A model generated the notes under the pieces. The model saw only the letters and a program-made list of their open reading frames with translations, did no database searches and was not told where the DNA came from. Made by a program: the position numbers and the translations under genes. DNA of 64,000 bases from the human T2T-CHM13v2.0 reference genome, Homo sapiens: assembly GCF_009914755.1 (NCBI RefSeq), contig NC_060934.1; one strand, 5' to 3'. This document shows, piece by piece, positions 36,517 through 49,665 of this stretch; position 1 is the stretch's first letter, and the number at the start of each line of letters is the position of its first letter.

Positions 36517-39500
36517 ATGGAATGGTACCTCCCATCTCAATACTAAAATCGGATGTAAATGGCCAAAATGCTCCACTAAAAAGATATAGAATGGCAGAAT
36601 GGGTAAGAATTCACCAATGAACTATCTGCTGCCTTCAAGAGACACACCTAACACATAAGGACACAAATAAGGTAAATGGATGGAAAAAGACATTTCATGC
36701 AAATAAACCCCCAAAACGAGCAGAGGGAGCTATTCTTACATTAGACAAAAAAAACTTTAAAGCAACAGCAGTTAAAAAAGACAAAGAGGGTCATTATAAA
36801 ATGATAAAAGGCCTTGTCCAACAGGAAAATATTACAATCCTAAATATATATGCACCTAACACTGGAGCTCCCAAATTTCTAAAACAATTACTAATAGACC
36901 TAAGAAATAAGATAGACAGCAACACAAAAATAATGGAGGACTTCAATACTCCACTGACAGCACTAGACAGGTCATCAAGACAGAAAGTCAACAAAGAAAC
37001 AATGGATTAAACTATATCCTGGAACAAATGGACTTAACAGGTATTTACAGAACATTCTACCCAACAACCACAGAATATACATTCTATTCAGCAGTGCATG
37101 AAACTCTCTCCAAGACAGACCATATGATAGGCCACCCAATGAGCCTCAATACATTCAAGAAAATTGAAATTATATCAAGCACTCTCTCAGACCACAGTGG
37201 AATAAACTGGAAATCAACTCCGAAAGGAACCTTCAAAACCATGCAAATACATGGAAATTAAATAACCTGCTCCTGAATGATCATTGGGTCAAAAATGAAA
37301 TCAAGATAGAAATTAAAAATCCTTTGAATTGAATGACAATAGTGACACAATATATCAAAACCTCTGGGATACAGCAAAGACAGTGCTAAGAGGAAATTTC
37401 ATAGCCCTAAATGCCTACATCAAAAAGTCTGAAAAAGCACAGACAATCTAAGGTCACTAGCTCAAGGAACTAGAAAAACAAGAACAAACCAAACCTAAAC
37501 CCAGAAGAAGAAGGGAAATAATCAAGATCAGAGCAGAACTAAATGAAATTGAAATGAAAAAAATACAAAAGATAAATGAAACGAAAAGCTGATTCTTTGA
37601 AAAGATAAATAAAATTGATGAACCATTAGTAAGATTAACCAAGAAAAGAAGAGAGAAAATCCAAACATTCTCAATTAGAAACAAAATGGGAGATACTACA
37701 ACTGACACCACAGAAATACAAAAGATCATTCAAGACTACTATGAACACCTTTATGTGCATAAACTAGAAAACCTAGAGAAGACGGATAAATTCCTGGGAA
37801 GATACAGGCTTCCTAGCTTAAATGAGGAAGAATTAGATACTCTGAACAGACCAATAACAAGGAGTGAGATTGAAATAGTAATAAAAAAATTACCAACAAA
37901 AAAAAGTCCAAGACAAGATTGATTCACAGCAAAAATCTGCCAGACATTCAAAGAAGTGGCACCAATTCTATTGACACTATTCCACAAGACAGAGAAAGAG
38001 GGAACCCTCCCTACATCATTCTATGAAGCCAGTATCACCTTAATACCAAAACCAGGAAAGGACATAACCAAAAAAGAAAACTACATACCAATATCACTGA
38101 TGAAGATAGATGCTAAGTTTCTTAACAAAATACTAGCTAACCAAATCCAACAACATATCAAAAAGATAATACACCATGATCAAGTGGGTTTTATCTAGGA
38201 ATGCAGGGGTGCTTTAACATTTGCAAGACAATAAATGTGATACACCACATAAACAGAATCAAAAACAAAACTCATATGATCATCTCAATAGACGCAGTAA
38301 AAAGCGTTAGACAAAATCCAGCATCTCTTTATGATCAAAGATCTCAGCAAAATTGGCATACAAGGGACATACTTCAATGTATTAAAAGTCATCAATAACA
38401 AACCCACAGCCAACATAATACTGAATGGGGAAAAGTTGAAAGCATTCCCTCTGAGAACTGGAACAAAACAAAAATGCTCACTCTCACCACTCCTTTTCAA
38501 CATAGTACTGGAAGTCCTAGACAGAGCAATCAGACAAGAGAAAGAAATAAAGAGCTTCCAAATTGGTAAAGACGAAGTCAAACTGTCTCTGTCTGGTGAT
38601 GATATGATTGTTTACCTAGAAAACCCTAAAGACTTCTCCAGAAAGCTCCTAGAACTGATAAAAAATTTCAATAAAGTTTCTGGATAAAAAAATAAATGTA
38701 CACATATCAGTAGCTCTTCTCTACACAAACAGCGACCAAGCTGAGGAGAAAATCAAGAACTCAACCACTTTTACAATAACTGCAAAAATATATATATAAC
38801 TTAGGAATGTACCTAATCAAGGAGGTGAAAGACCTCTATAAACAAAACTACAAAACACAGCTGAAAGAAATCATAGACAACACAAACAAATGGAAACACA
38901 TCCCATACTCATGGATAGGTAGAATCAGTGCTGTGAAAACGACCATACTACTAAAAGCAATCTATAAATTCAATACAATTCCCATCAGAATACCACCATC
39001 ATTCTTCACAGAATTAGAAAAAACAATCCTAAAATTCATATGGAACCAAAAAAGAGCCTGCATAGCCAAAGCAAGACTAAGCAAAAAGAACAAATCTGGA
39101 GGCACCACATTACCTGATTTCAAACTATACTATAAGGCCATAGTCACAAAGACAGCATGATACTGGCATAAAAATAGGCACATAGACCAATAGAACAGAA
39201 TAGAGAACCCAGAAATAAACCCTAATACTTAAAGCCAACTGATCTTTGATAGAAGATCAGACAGAGCAAACAAAAACATAAAGTGGGGAAAGGACACCCT
39301 ATTAAACAAATGATGCTGGGATAACTGGCAAGCCACATGCAGGAGAACGAAACTGGATCCTCATCTCTCACCTTATACAAAAATCAACTCAAGATGGATC
39401 AAGAACTTAAATCTGCAACCTGAAACTATAAAAATTCTAGAAGACAACATTGGAAAAACCCTTCTAGACATTGGCTTAGACAAGGATTTCGTGACCAAGA

Positions 39501-40178
39501 ACACAAAAGCAAATGCAATAAAAACAAAGATAAATAGCTGTGACTTAATAAAACTAAAGAGCTTTTACATGCCAAAAGAAACAGTCATCAGAGTAAACAC
39601 ACAACCCACAGAGTGGGAGAAAATCTTCACAATCTACACATCTGACAAAAAACTAATCCAGAATCCACAATGAACTCAAATTAGAAAGAAAAATCAAACA
39701 ATCCCATCAGAAAGTGGACTAATGACATGAATAGATAATTCTCAAAAGAGGATCAACAAATGGCCATCAAACATATGAAAAAATGCTTAGCATCACTAAT
39801 AATCAGGGAAATGCAAATCAAAACCGCATTGTGATATCACCTTACTTCTGCAAGAATGGCCATAATCAAAAAATCAAAAAAATAAAAGGTGCTGGCATGG
39901 ATGCAGTCAACAGGGAACACTTCTACCTTGCTGGTGGGAATGTAAACTAGCACAACCACTATGCAAAACAGTGTGGAGATTCCTTAAAGAACTAAAAGTA
40001 GTACTGCCATTTGATCCAGCAATCCCACTACTAGGTATCTGTCCAGAGGAAAAGAAGTCATTATATGGAAGAAGACACTTGCACATGCATGTTTACAGCA
40101 GCACAATTTGCAATTGCAAAAACATGGAACCAACCCAAATGCCCATCAATCAACGCGAGTGGATAAAGAAACTGTGAG

Positions 40179-40239
<61 letters not shown>

Positions 40240-40380
40240 ATGGAATACTACCCATCCCTAAAAAGAAATGAATTAATGGCATTCACAGCAACCTGAATGA
40301 GATTGGAGACTATTATTCTAAGTGACATAACTCAGCAATGGAAAACCAAATATCATGTGTTCTCATTCAAATGTGGGAGC
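36517..40380 (+). pseudogene. L1PB ORF2 (endonuclease and reverse transcriptase) remnant
   Basis: [22 protein letters not shown] and [14 protein letters not shown]. Catalytic FADD is mutated to SGDD. Many stops. Confidence 0.9.
40182..40239. repeat. (TG)n(TA)n microsatellite inside the L1PB
   Basis: Read directly. Confidence 0.95.
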
Positions 40381-40631
40381 TAAGTTATGAGGATGCAAAG
40401 GCATAATAAAGCCATGGTGGACTTTGGGGGCTCAGGGGGAAAAGGGTGGGAAGGGGACGATGAATAAAAGACCACAAATTAGGTGCAGTGTATACTTCTC
40501 AGGTGATGGGTATGCCAAAATCTCACAAATCACCCCCAAAGAACTTACTCATGTAACCCAATACTACCTGTTTCCCAATAACCTACAGAAATAAAAAAAA
40601 ATAATAATAAATAATAAATAAAGAGAGAAAG

Positions 40632-40935
40632 AAAAAGAGGTTTAATGGATTCACAGTTACACATGGCTGAGGAGGCCTCACAATCACGGTGGAAGGTAAT
40701 GGAGGAGCAAAGGCACATCTTACATGGCAGCAGGCAAGAGAGCATGTGCAGGGGAACTGCCCTTTATAAAACCATCAGATCTCATGAGACATATTCACTA
40801 TTATGAGAATAGCATGGGAAAAACCTGCCCCCATGATTCAATTACCTCCCACTGGGTCCCTCATACAACAGGTGAGGATTTTGGGAGCTACAATTCAAGA
40901 TGAGATTTGGGTGGGGACACAGTCAAACCATATCA
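40632..40935 (-). mobile_element. THE1C-like LTR, right piece
   Basis: AGAGGTTTAATGGATTCACAG...GGAGGCCTCACAATCA...GGGACACAGTCAAACCATATCA. Confidence 0.9.
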
Positions 40936-41611
40936 TATACATATAAATTTTACAGCCAATCTGGAGTTTACATTGTACTATTTCAAAAACACACACACAG
41001 ACACAGACACACACACACAAATGTAGACAACTCATAATTGGATAGGTCCATTTACCATCTACTCCTATTCTTTCATTCACTATTTATCACCATACATATT
41101 ACATATACACATGATCGATCCCATGAGACAATGTTATAATTTTTTGCTTACAACAGTCATATGTATTTACAAATAATTAGAAAAATAGTCTTTTACATTT
41201 TATTATATATTTACCATTTTTAGCATTTAAGATCAAAGTTTTTGTCTGATGTCATTTCCCTTCAGCCTAAAGAACTTCATTTAGTATTCCCTATTGTGCA
41301 GATTTGGTGGTGACAAAGTGTGTTATTTTGTCTGAAAATGTCTTTCTTTTACCTTTAATTTTGAAGGATAGTTTTCATGGATATGAAATTCCATGTTTGC
41401 AGTATTTTCATTCTGCATTTCAAAGATGTTGTTTAATTAACTCTGGCCTTTGTAATTTATGATGAGAAGTCCATGCTAATTATAATAGTTGTTCCCTGAT
41501 ATGTAATATGTCTTTTTGATTCAATTGCTCTCAATGTTATCTCTTTATCTTTGCCTTTCAGCAGTGTGGCAATAATGAGCCAGGAGTGGTTTTCTTTTTA
41601 TTTGTTCTGCT

Positions 41612-42428
41612 ATGTTAGTAGTCACTTCATTGCTTCTCAGCTAAAAATTCTTCTTCGCCCTACCTTGTGATATTAAAGCTCTGGACATTTCTCCTTTGCT
41701 GGATGGCATGATATTCAGGTTTTGCTAATGGAGAATTCTGAAGGGTTGCTACAAGGCCAGAGAAGAAGGAAGAAGCTCTCCTTCAATCTTGGATTGTGCT
41801 ATTTTCTATGCAACAGCAAGCAGATCGGCATGTAGGGTCTGGTAGAATTGAGAAAGGTAGCCTTTGCAGTCCAGCTTAACTCATCTCTTTCTGTACATTT
41901 CTCTGGCATCATAGCAGCAGCTTTCACTTATCTGTGGTTCTTTCTTGTGGAAAACTTCTCAACTTTCCAGCAGTAGTATTTTCCTGTATTTCAGCTATAA
42001 ACTTTACCTTCTGGTAAGTTTCTCCATCATTATAATTGTGATTTTCATCATCGAACTCGAGCCCTGCACCCTCCACCAAGTTTCTTACTACTGCCATCTG
42101 ATGCAGTACATGTTTTTTAGCAAGTTTCTTTGATACTGGTAAGCTGTCTGTATATTCTTATAGGAGCTGCATCATTTCCTTAGATGGCTGAATCTCAACC
42201 TTTGGTAGTAGGGAGTGGGAGTGGGGTGTCTCCTTTCAAGTTCCCTTCTAATTTACTTCCCCTTAGTCTTTAGTAGTTGCTCCTTCTTATCTCAAGTCTT
42301 TTTTTTTTTTTATTTTTACCCATTTTAGTAGCTAACCACCTTCTTAAAATGAATAGTTATTTATAGCAAGTTTTCCCATTTCAAATTACTGGTGTCATAT
42401 CTGTCTCCTGCCTGGACCCTAACTGACA
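41612..42428 (+). mobile_element. ERVL LTR, LTR41-like, inserted in the L1M
   Basis: TGTTAGT...ATTGCTTCTCAGCT start and TCAAATTACTGGTG...CTGTCTCCTGCCTGGACCCTAACTGACA end. Confidence 0.6.
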
Positions 42429-43667
42429 AACTGGAATTTTTTGAGCATCTTCTATCTGTAACTTTAGGACTTTCACCAAATTTAAGGAAATGTTTTTCAT
42501 TATTTTTTCCAATATTTTTCTGCCCCATTCTTTTTTTTTCTCCTTCTGAAACTCCAGTTAAATGTCAGGTATAGCTTCTATATTGTCCCTTAGGTCACCT
42601 TCATTTTGTTTATTTTATTTTGATGCTTTCTCTCTGTTCTTTGTATTGGGTAACTTTTATGATCAATCTTCAAGTTCATGGACTTTTTCCCCCGTCATCT
42701 CCCTTTCACTGTTAAGCCCATCCAGTGAAATGTTTATTTTAGATGTTATTTTTTTAGATCTAAAATTCCCCTTTTGCTATGTTGTAAATAGTTTTTATAT
42801 TTTTGATAATATTTCCTATTTTTTCATTCATTATAAGTATAGTTTTCTTTATGGCTGAGTTTAGTTATAATAGCTGCTTTAAAAATCTGTGACTGCTAAT
42901 CCCATCATTTGTGTTATATCAGAAATGGTCTTGGTTGATTATCTTTTATTTTGAGATTGAGGATCATTTTCTGGTTGTGTTTTAGTTCAAATTTCAGTTC
43001 AAACCTTTGAAACTTAAATGTGCTTCTTAAAATTTGCCCATGCAGTGCAGTCAGAGATTAGACATAGATTTGGAGAGTTTATACAGAATTGGTGATCCCT
43101 ATAGAAGACAAATGTTTGATGCTGCCCTATTGACAAACTACATTTCCTAAACTATATTATTCTGACTGTTACTGTGTGATCTATGAAAATCTTGTGAGTC
43201 TGAATGTCTAGTGAAATTTTAGAAGACCCTTTGGTAGGTTTTGTGTACTGTTACTCTCTCTATTCTCTTCTTAAAGGTTGGTCGTTACTAACTTAAGTGG
43301 CACTCAGTAAGTTTAACCTTTCTAAATTCAAAAATAATGAATTATCTCAGAAGCAAAGTGGTGTGAGCCTATACTGCAAATATATGGGATTTAACCATGC
43401 CTTTAGGAAAAATAGGCCCTCAGATTTGTTGAGTGTTGGTGAACCCTTTAATGTCCTATATGTGGCTGGTTTGTTTTGTACAAAAAAACAACAGCACAAA
43501 ATTCAACATGTACAAACACTATATTTTAATGGTTCTCCTTTGTTGTTCAAATAATGCTATCAATTAGCTTTTTCTGGGTCAGTTTGTCTTTGCAGGAAGC
43601 GGAAGAGTGCTTGTTACAGATTCCTCACGCCATATATGGGGACTGGATGTGTAAAAAGATATTTTCT

Positions 43668-43830
43668 TGTGGGGTGGGGGGAGGGGGAAGGGATAGCATT
43701 AGAAGAGATACCTAATGTTAAATGACGAGTTAATGGGTGCAGCACACCAACATGGCACATGTATACATATGTAACTAACCTGCACGTTGTGCACATGTAC
43801 CCTAAAACTTAAAGCATAATAAAAAAAAAA
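43668..43830 (+). mobile_element. short young L1PA (about L1PA4) 3' end with A-tail
   Basis: G-rich tract, then ATACCTAATGTTAAATGACGAGTTAATGGGTGCAGCACACCAACATGG...CCCTAAAACTTAAAG, then an A-tail. Confidence 0.93.
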
Positions 43831-44754
43831 GAAGTGGTAGAAAGGAGTTTTCACACTACTATATGTATATGCATTTCAAAACTTGTTTTGAGCTACCTTC
43901 TTCCACAACTATACACTTTCTGATAAACTGCCCTAGTTCCTCCTGAGGCCCACCTCTCAGGGCATCTGTTGAGAGGTCTTCATTTCCCAGGGATAATTCA
44001 CACTACTGCCTTGTGTTGTGATATAATAGATTCTTGTGGTCAGTCTTAAATATCCTATCAAATTGTAATCCCCTCAAAGGTAAAAATTTGTCTCTTTGCT
44101 ACACTGAGTGAAAAAGGGAGTAACTTCCAATTACTGACCACTGCTTAACTGAATTATAGAGTTCAGTCAACAAATAAATGCCATTTGACTTTCTGAAAAA
44201 TGTCATCAAGTACCTCCTGCTGTTTTCCAGCTCCCAAAGCTATGCTATATTACCTAAGGTGGCCCAAAGACCACTTGTAATGGGCCTCAGTTATTTTTTT
44301 TCTGCCAACAATTGTTTCCCATATTTTTCTGGATAATTTTCTTTCTTTCTTTTTGGGATAACTTTTCCCTTCTCAATACCCATTCCACTTGAATCTGGAG
44401 AAATTTCTAATCACATACTACCTTGACCCAGCAGTCACAAATTTGACCACACAAACTTAGTGTTAATAATCATTGGGATCTCTCCTTCTGGTCACAGGGT
44501 TTGGTTCATAGGTCAGCACATGTTTGAGCAAGATGAATATGAGCTCTTCACTGGTAAGAAGAGAGAGCTTTCCATTTTTTTTGGTGTTGTTAAACTTAAA
44601 TGGTATAAATTTGGGTAGTCTGTAGTCATGTCCTAGCCACACCATGCAGACCTGAGTGAGAGTCATTTGAGACTATGATCCGATTGCAACTAACAGTCAT
44701 AAGTGCTAGATGCCAGAAAATTTCATTGTCTTTCTCCCTCTTTGCTTTAGCAAT

Positions 44755-44833
44755 TTAGGTAAATTACATAAAATTGCCAATATTTCCTAATTTGGACCCA
44801 CAAAAACAGCAAATTCATTTGATTTAATCCAAT
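44755..44833. mobile_element. MADE2-like 80-bp mariner MITE
   Basis: TTAGGT...ATAAAATTGCC...CAAAAACAGCAAATTCATTTGATTTAATCCAA, with degenerate inverted termini. Confidence 0.65.
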
Positions 44834-44872
44834 GGTTTGAATTGGATTTCTGTAATTGCAATGAAAAATGTT

Positions 44873-46310
44873 ACAACTATACTCAAAACAGTGTAGTATT
44901 GGAATGAGCATAGAAATATAGACCAATGAAATAGAATTGAGAGACCAGAAATAAATCTAAATATCTATGGCTAATTGATTTTCACAAGTGTCAAGTCCAT
45001 TCAATGAGGGAAAGAACAGTCCCTTTAACAAATTGCTTTGATACCACTGGATTTTCACTTGCAAAAGAAAAAAGTTGGACCCCCTTCTTCTCACCATATA
45101 CAAAAACTAACTAACTTAAAATTGATCTGTGACTAAATATAAGAGCTAAAATCATAAAAGTCTTAGAAGAAAACAGGGATAAATCTTCATCACCTTGGGT
45201 TTGACAATGGATTCTTAAATATAACACCAAAAGCACAGGTAACAAAAGAAAAAGTAAATAAAATGTACTTCAAAAACTTAAAAAGTTTTGTGCATCAATG
45301 GACATCATCAGGAAAGTGAAAAGATAATCTACAAAAGGGGAGAAAATATTTGCAAATCATTTACCTGATAGGAGTTTCGTATCCACAATATATTAAAAAA
45401 AAAACCCTGAAATCCAGCAACAAGTAGAAAAGTAACCCAATTTAAAAATGGACAAACAACCTTGTGTAGGCATTTCTCCAAAGAAGACATAATGGCCAAT
45501 AAGCACATAAAAAGCATAAATGGCCAATAAACACATAAAATGATGTTCAACATCATTAGTGAATGGGGAAATACAAATCAAAACCTACTTTACACATGGT
45601 AGGATGGCTATAATTTTTTAAGAAATAAAATAACAAATATTGGTGAAGATGTGGAGGAAATTGGAATTCTGTATATCTCTTGTGGGAATGAAAAATGGTG
45701 CAGCCTCGGTGAAAAATGGTTTGATGATCCCTCAAAAAGCTAAACGTAAAATTACCATATGACTGAACAATTACACTCATAAGTATATACACAAAAGAAT
45801 TTAAAATGGAGACTCAAACACACTTGTACACCAAGGTTAATTGAAGGTAGTCAGAATAGACAAAAGGTGGGAACAAAGTATCAATCAACAGATGAATGGA
45901 TAAACAAAGTGTGGAATATATATACAATGGTATATTATTCAATCATGAAAATGAATGAAGTTCTGATACATGTCATAACATGTATAGACCTTGAAAACAT
46001 TATGCTAAGTGAAATAAGCCATACACAAAAAGACTAATATTGTATGATTCCACTTACATTAGGTATCTTGAATAGGCAAATTTAGAGGCAGAAAGCAGAT
46101 TAGAGATTACCAAAGGCTGGAGGGAGGGGAATGGGAGTTATTGCTTAATGATTAAAGAGTTTCTGTTTAAGATAATTGAGAAATTTTGAAAGTAGATAAA
46201 CAGTGATAGTTGCACAGCATTGCAGACGCAATTAATGCCACTGAATTGTATACTTAAAATGGTTAAAATGGTAAATTTTGTTATATATCTGATCATAATT
46301 ATAAAAATAA
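44873..46310 (+). mobile_element. L1MB-type 3' fragment
   Basis: ORF2 3' region and GACCTTGAAAACATTATGCTAAGTGAAATAAGCC...AATGCCACTGAATTGTATACTTAAAATGGTTAAAATGG. Confidence 0.9.
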
Positions 46311-46904
46311 CATTCCAACTATCTTTACTGTAATTATTAACCCAACTCTTTTTTCCTCAATGGTCCATCTAGTTTGGCATGGGCAAGATACTTCAGAAAC
46401 ATATTCAAAATTCCTTTAATTTACCAAACTGTATAATTGGAAACATTTGTGTTTTTCTGAAAACCTTTAGCCAAATCAAAGCTGCAAATCAATTTATGCA
46501 TGAACAGTGACAGTCCTTTATATGTCATTGAAATAGCTGTGTTTTAAAACTGACAAATGCTTGGAAGTTAAAATTGCAACTACACACATTGCTTGCAATT
46601 TTATGTTCTTTGCAAATTGTCATTATGCATATTTCTGGAAATCTGAGAGATTCCAATTTAGAAGCTCATTTCTCTTTCTTTCATCCTCCTTTGTATTCCA
46701 ACCTTGTTCCAAACCAGGCTATATCTTCTAAATAAAAGCTGCGAAGAGATCACTCAGATTCAATTTCTTTCCTTTAGCAAATACAGGGTGTCAGAACTGT
46801 TTATATCACATTGCATTTTAAGTAAGATACTGCTCTTTCTAGCTTCTCCAGAGTTTGTGGGAAAAAAAAAAAAAAAAACCCCTGGTCAAAGAATTTGAAA
46901 ACTG

Positions 46905-47060
46905 GTCCTTTTCCACCTCAACAGCTTTGGATGAGTTATTTACCTCTTTGAACTTCAGTTCTTTTGACAAAATGTGAATAATAATTCTTGATCTACTAAC
47001 ATTACTGGATTGTTGAGATGATTAAATGAAGATATTGGATAGGAACAAAGCTCTGTGAAA
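46905..47060 (+). mobile_element. MIR
   Basis: GAGTTATTTACCTCTTTGAACTTCAGTT...GGATTGTTGAGATGATTAAATGA. Confidence 0.65.
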
Positions 47061-48147
47061 AACAGTGCAACTCTGAGAACAAATAATACAGATAACACCA
47101 AAGGGTCCTGTAAGCTTAGTTATTTGATTAGCTGTTTTTTTAAACAAAAAGAAAGTTGGACTCCTTGTGGGCAGTATTTATCCTTAGTACTAATCCTCAT
47201 ACTGACTGAGAGGACATACTCTGAATATTAGGAGCTGAGATAGCAGCCTGAAAGAGCTCACAGTAACCCCTGATGTCTAAACAGACAGAGAGAGATTATA
47301 TTTAAAAACTACAGCCTCATCCAAGGCAAAAGTACTCCAGAATTCTTTACAATAGAGAGCAAAGTCCTTCTTACTTAGAAAGTTGAAGGGATCCCAAACT
47401 TGACCTTGTGCTCAACGCTTGCTCTCCCTTGAATGGAGCCAGACTTTCTTCCACTTTATACAAAGCCCTTCCCATAGGCTACTATATAAGGGCAAGATAA
47501 CTATGGGGAAAACAGTCCTACTCAAACACTGAGGAAATAAACACAGACTTCTTCTAACCAACTAGGTCCTAAATTAATTAATGCATATAGACTAGAAGAA
47601 TCACCAGACAGTTGAAGAGGTAAAAACAGAATAAAAGGGAAGGATTTCATTCAATAAACAGAACTGATAAAAGAAGAAATAGAGATAATGTAACAAATAG
47701 CAAGGAAATTACAAATAATTCTATTTCCCAGAATGAAAAATATATTGTAGCCATAGTGTAATACTGCACTGCCATGAAAAGGAAACTATCAAAGACCAAG
47801 GTAGCATGCTTGCAAATTAGAAACATAATTTCCAAATATGTATATGGTCTGGAGTCATGGCTAAAAACAAAATTTTTCCTCTGGAAAATATGCAATGTTA
47901 GTGTTCTATAAGGGTATGCAAATAGATAGAATGGGAAAAGAATGTAGAGAAAACTGAGAGGTAGAAAATTATTTCAGAGATTCAATATCCATCTAAAAGG
48001 AGTTCCAATAGCATAGACATTAGAAAATGAAGGTAGGGGGAGTCACTTTTAATATATAGTTATTTTTTAAAGCTGAAAAAAGTCACAGATTGAAAAGTCT
48101 TACCAAGTACCAAAGTGGGATGAATGAGGTAAACACACACAAATTAG

Positions 48148-48197
48148 AGATAGGTAGATGATAGATAGATAGATGATAGACAGATAGACAGACAGAC
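48148..48197. repeat. (GATA)n/(GACA)n microsatellite
   Basis: Read directly. Confidence 0.88.
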
Positions 48198-49309
48198 ATC
48201 TTGGTCAACTTGCAGATATTGAAACAGAAAGAGATTAACCTCAAGAGGTAATACCTGCTGGGTATTCTAGTGTCTATTCCCGATAGACTGAGACACTAGG
48301 AGACAACAGAAGAATAGTTTCGGGGTACTGATAAAAAGAGAGTTTAAATTTAGGGTTCTATACCCAGCCACATGTGAGGGCAGAGTAAAGACATAGCTTG
48401 CAAAATTGACCATCCACAGAGTTTTGCTGAAGAATTGTTTAAAAATATACTGTAGCAAAATAGTAAAGGAATGCAACAGCAAGGGAAGCAAGAAATTGTA
48501 GTGAGCAATGAAACCAGTAAAATCACACATATTTCTAAATAAATTTTAATATATAATATAAAAACAAACACACAAACAAAATCTGGAAATAAAATACCAG
48601 CTGATCTTAACATAAGAAGTGAAGAGGGGAAAGATTGACCGAGTGGAAGGGTAGACATAGGATAAAATGAAGAAATGATATAAGAAGTGTGTGGAGAGAG
48701 ATGACACTCACTAATTGTAGATATAGATAGAAAAATATGTTTACTTTTTTATGTTAAATGTAACCATTAAGAAAGAGGAAACTAATAGCAAACTTTCAAA
48801 GCAAGTAGGTACAAAAATTGAACAAAAAATCATCCAGCAAAGAAAAAGAAACAAAAATAAGAAAGCAAATCAAAATTATAATATAAAATGATGAGTGTAA
48901 CTCTAATTGTTTTAATAATCACAGCAATATTCACAGATCAAAAAAACTTCAAGTTACATTAAACATTGTTATTTTATTCTTTTTATAAAAAGCATGCCTA
49001 AACATAACAGAAAAACTGGAGTGTGTGGGATGTGGAAAGATATAATAGGCACGTGCAAAACACAGAAACTAGGAGTAGCAAATTAATATCAAACACAAAG
49101 TTCAAGGCCAAATTAATTGAACTGGATAAAAGGTGTAATCTACATAGAAAATATAATATAAACTTCTTATTTTTCAGCATGGTTTCAAATTATATTAAGC
49201 ATTAGAAAAAATGTTATGAAAACTGACAAAAGTCTACAACCATAATGGGAGATTTAACAGGCCTCTCTCAGAAATCAACAGATCACTTAGAAAACAAAAT
49301 AAATAGAGA

Positions 49310-49665
49310 GCTATGTCGTCCATTATGGTACCAATATACACACTGGACACATGGCTATTGAATACTTAGTATGTGGTTAATTCACTAGACACTAGACACA
49401 TGGCTATTGAGTGCTTAATATGTGGTTAATTGAAACTGAGATGTGCTATAAGTGTAGAACACACTGGATTTTTGAAGATAATACAAAAAAGAATGCAATA
49501 TACCTAGTAATAATTTTTCTATTGATAAAATATTAAAAAAGAATATCTGGGTATTTGTCATTAAATAAAATACATTATTAAAAATAATTTTACTTTTTAA
49601 TGTGGTTACTAGAAATTTTAAGGTTACATGTGTCATTTGCACTATATTTTTATTGGACAGTGGTG
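49310..49665. mobile_element. MER33/MER3-like MITE with internal duplication
   Basis: CACATGGCTATTGAG...ACTGAGATGTGCTATAAGTGTA...ATATTTTTATTGGACAGTG. Confidence 0.8.

Larger units (their letters stand above)
35022..40631 (+). mobile_element. L1PB1-like LINE, about 5.6 kb, truncated in the 5'UTR, TSD AAAAAGAGGTTTA
   Basis: Fragmented ORF1 and ORF2 translations, plus an L1PB1-type 3'UTR (AGCTAAGTTATGAGGATGCAAAGGC...AAAATCTCACAAATCACC). TSD at 35009-35021 and 40632-40644. Confidence 0.93.
33010..43000 (-). mobile_element. ancient L1M (ORF1 and ORF2 5' region) in four pieces: about 33010-33290, 34560-34950, 40936-41610 and 42430-43000
   Basis: Antisense L1 EN and ORF1-region phrases (GGAGTATTGAAATCTCTAACTAT, TTGGGTCTTGCTTT, TTGAAGGATAGTTT, GATGAGAAGTC, TCTCCTTCTGAAACTCCAGTTA) are collinear across the younger insertions. 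Confidence 0.7.

Noticed and set aside
35544-38581. Hydrophobic minus-strand ORFs resembling membrane proteins
   Set aside because: They are the antisense reading of A-rich L1 sequence.
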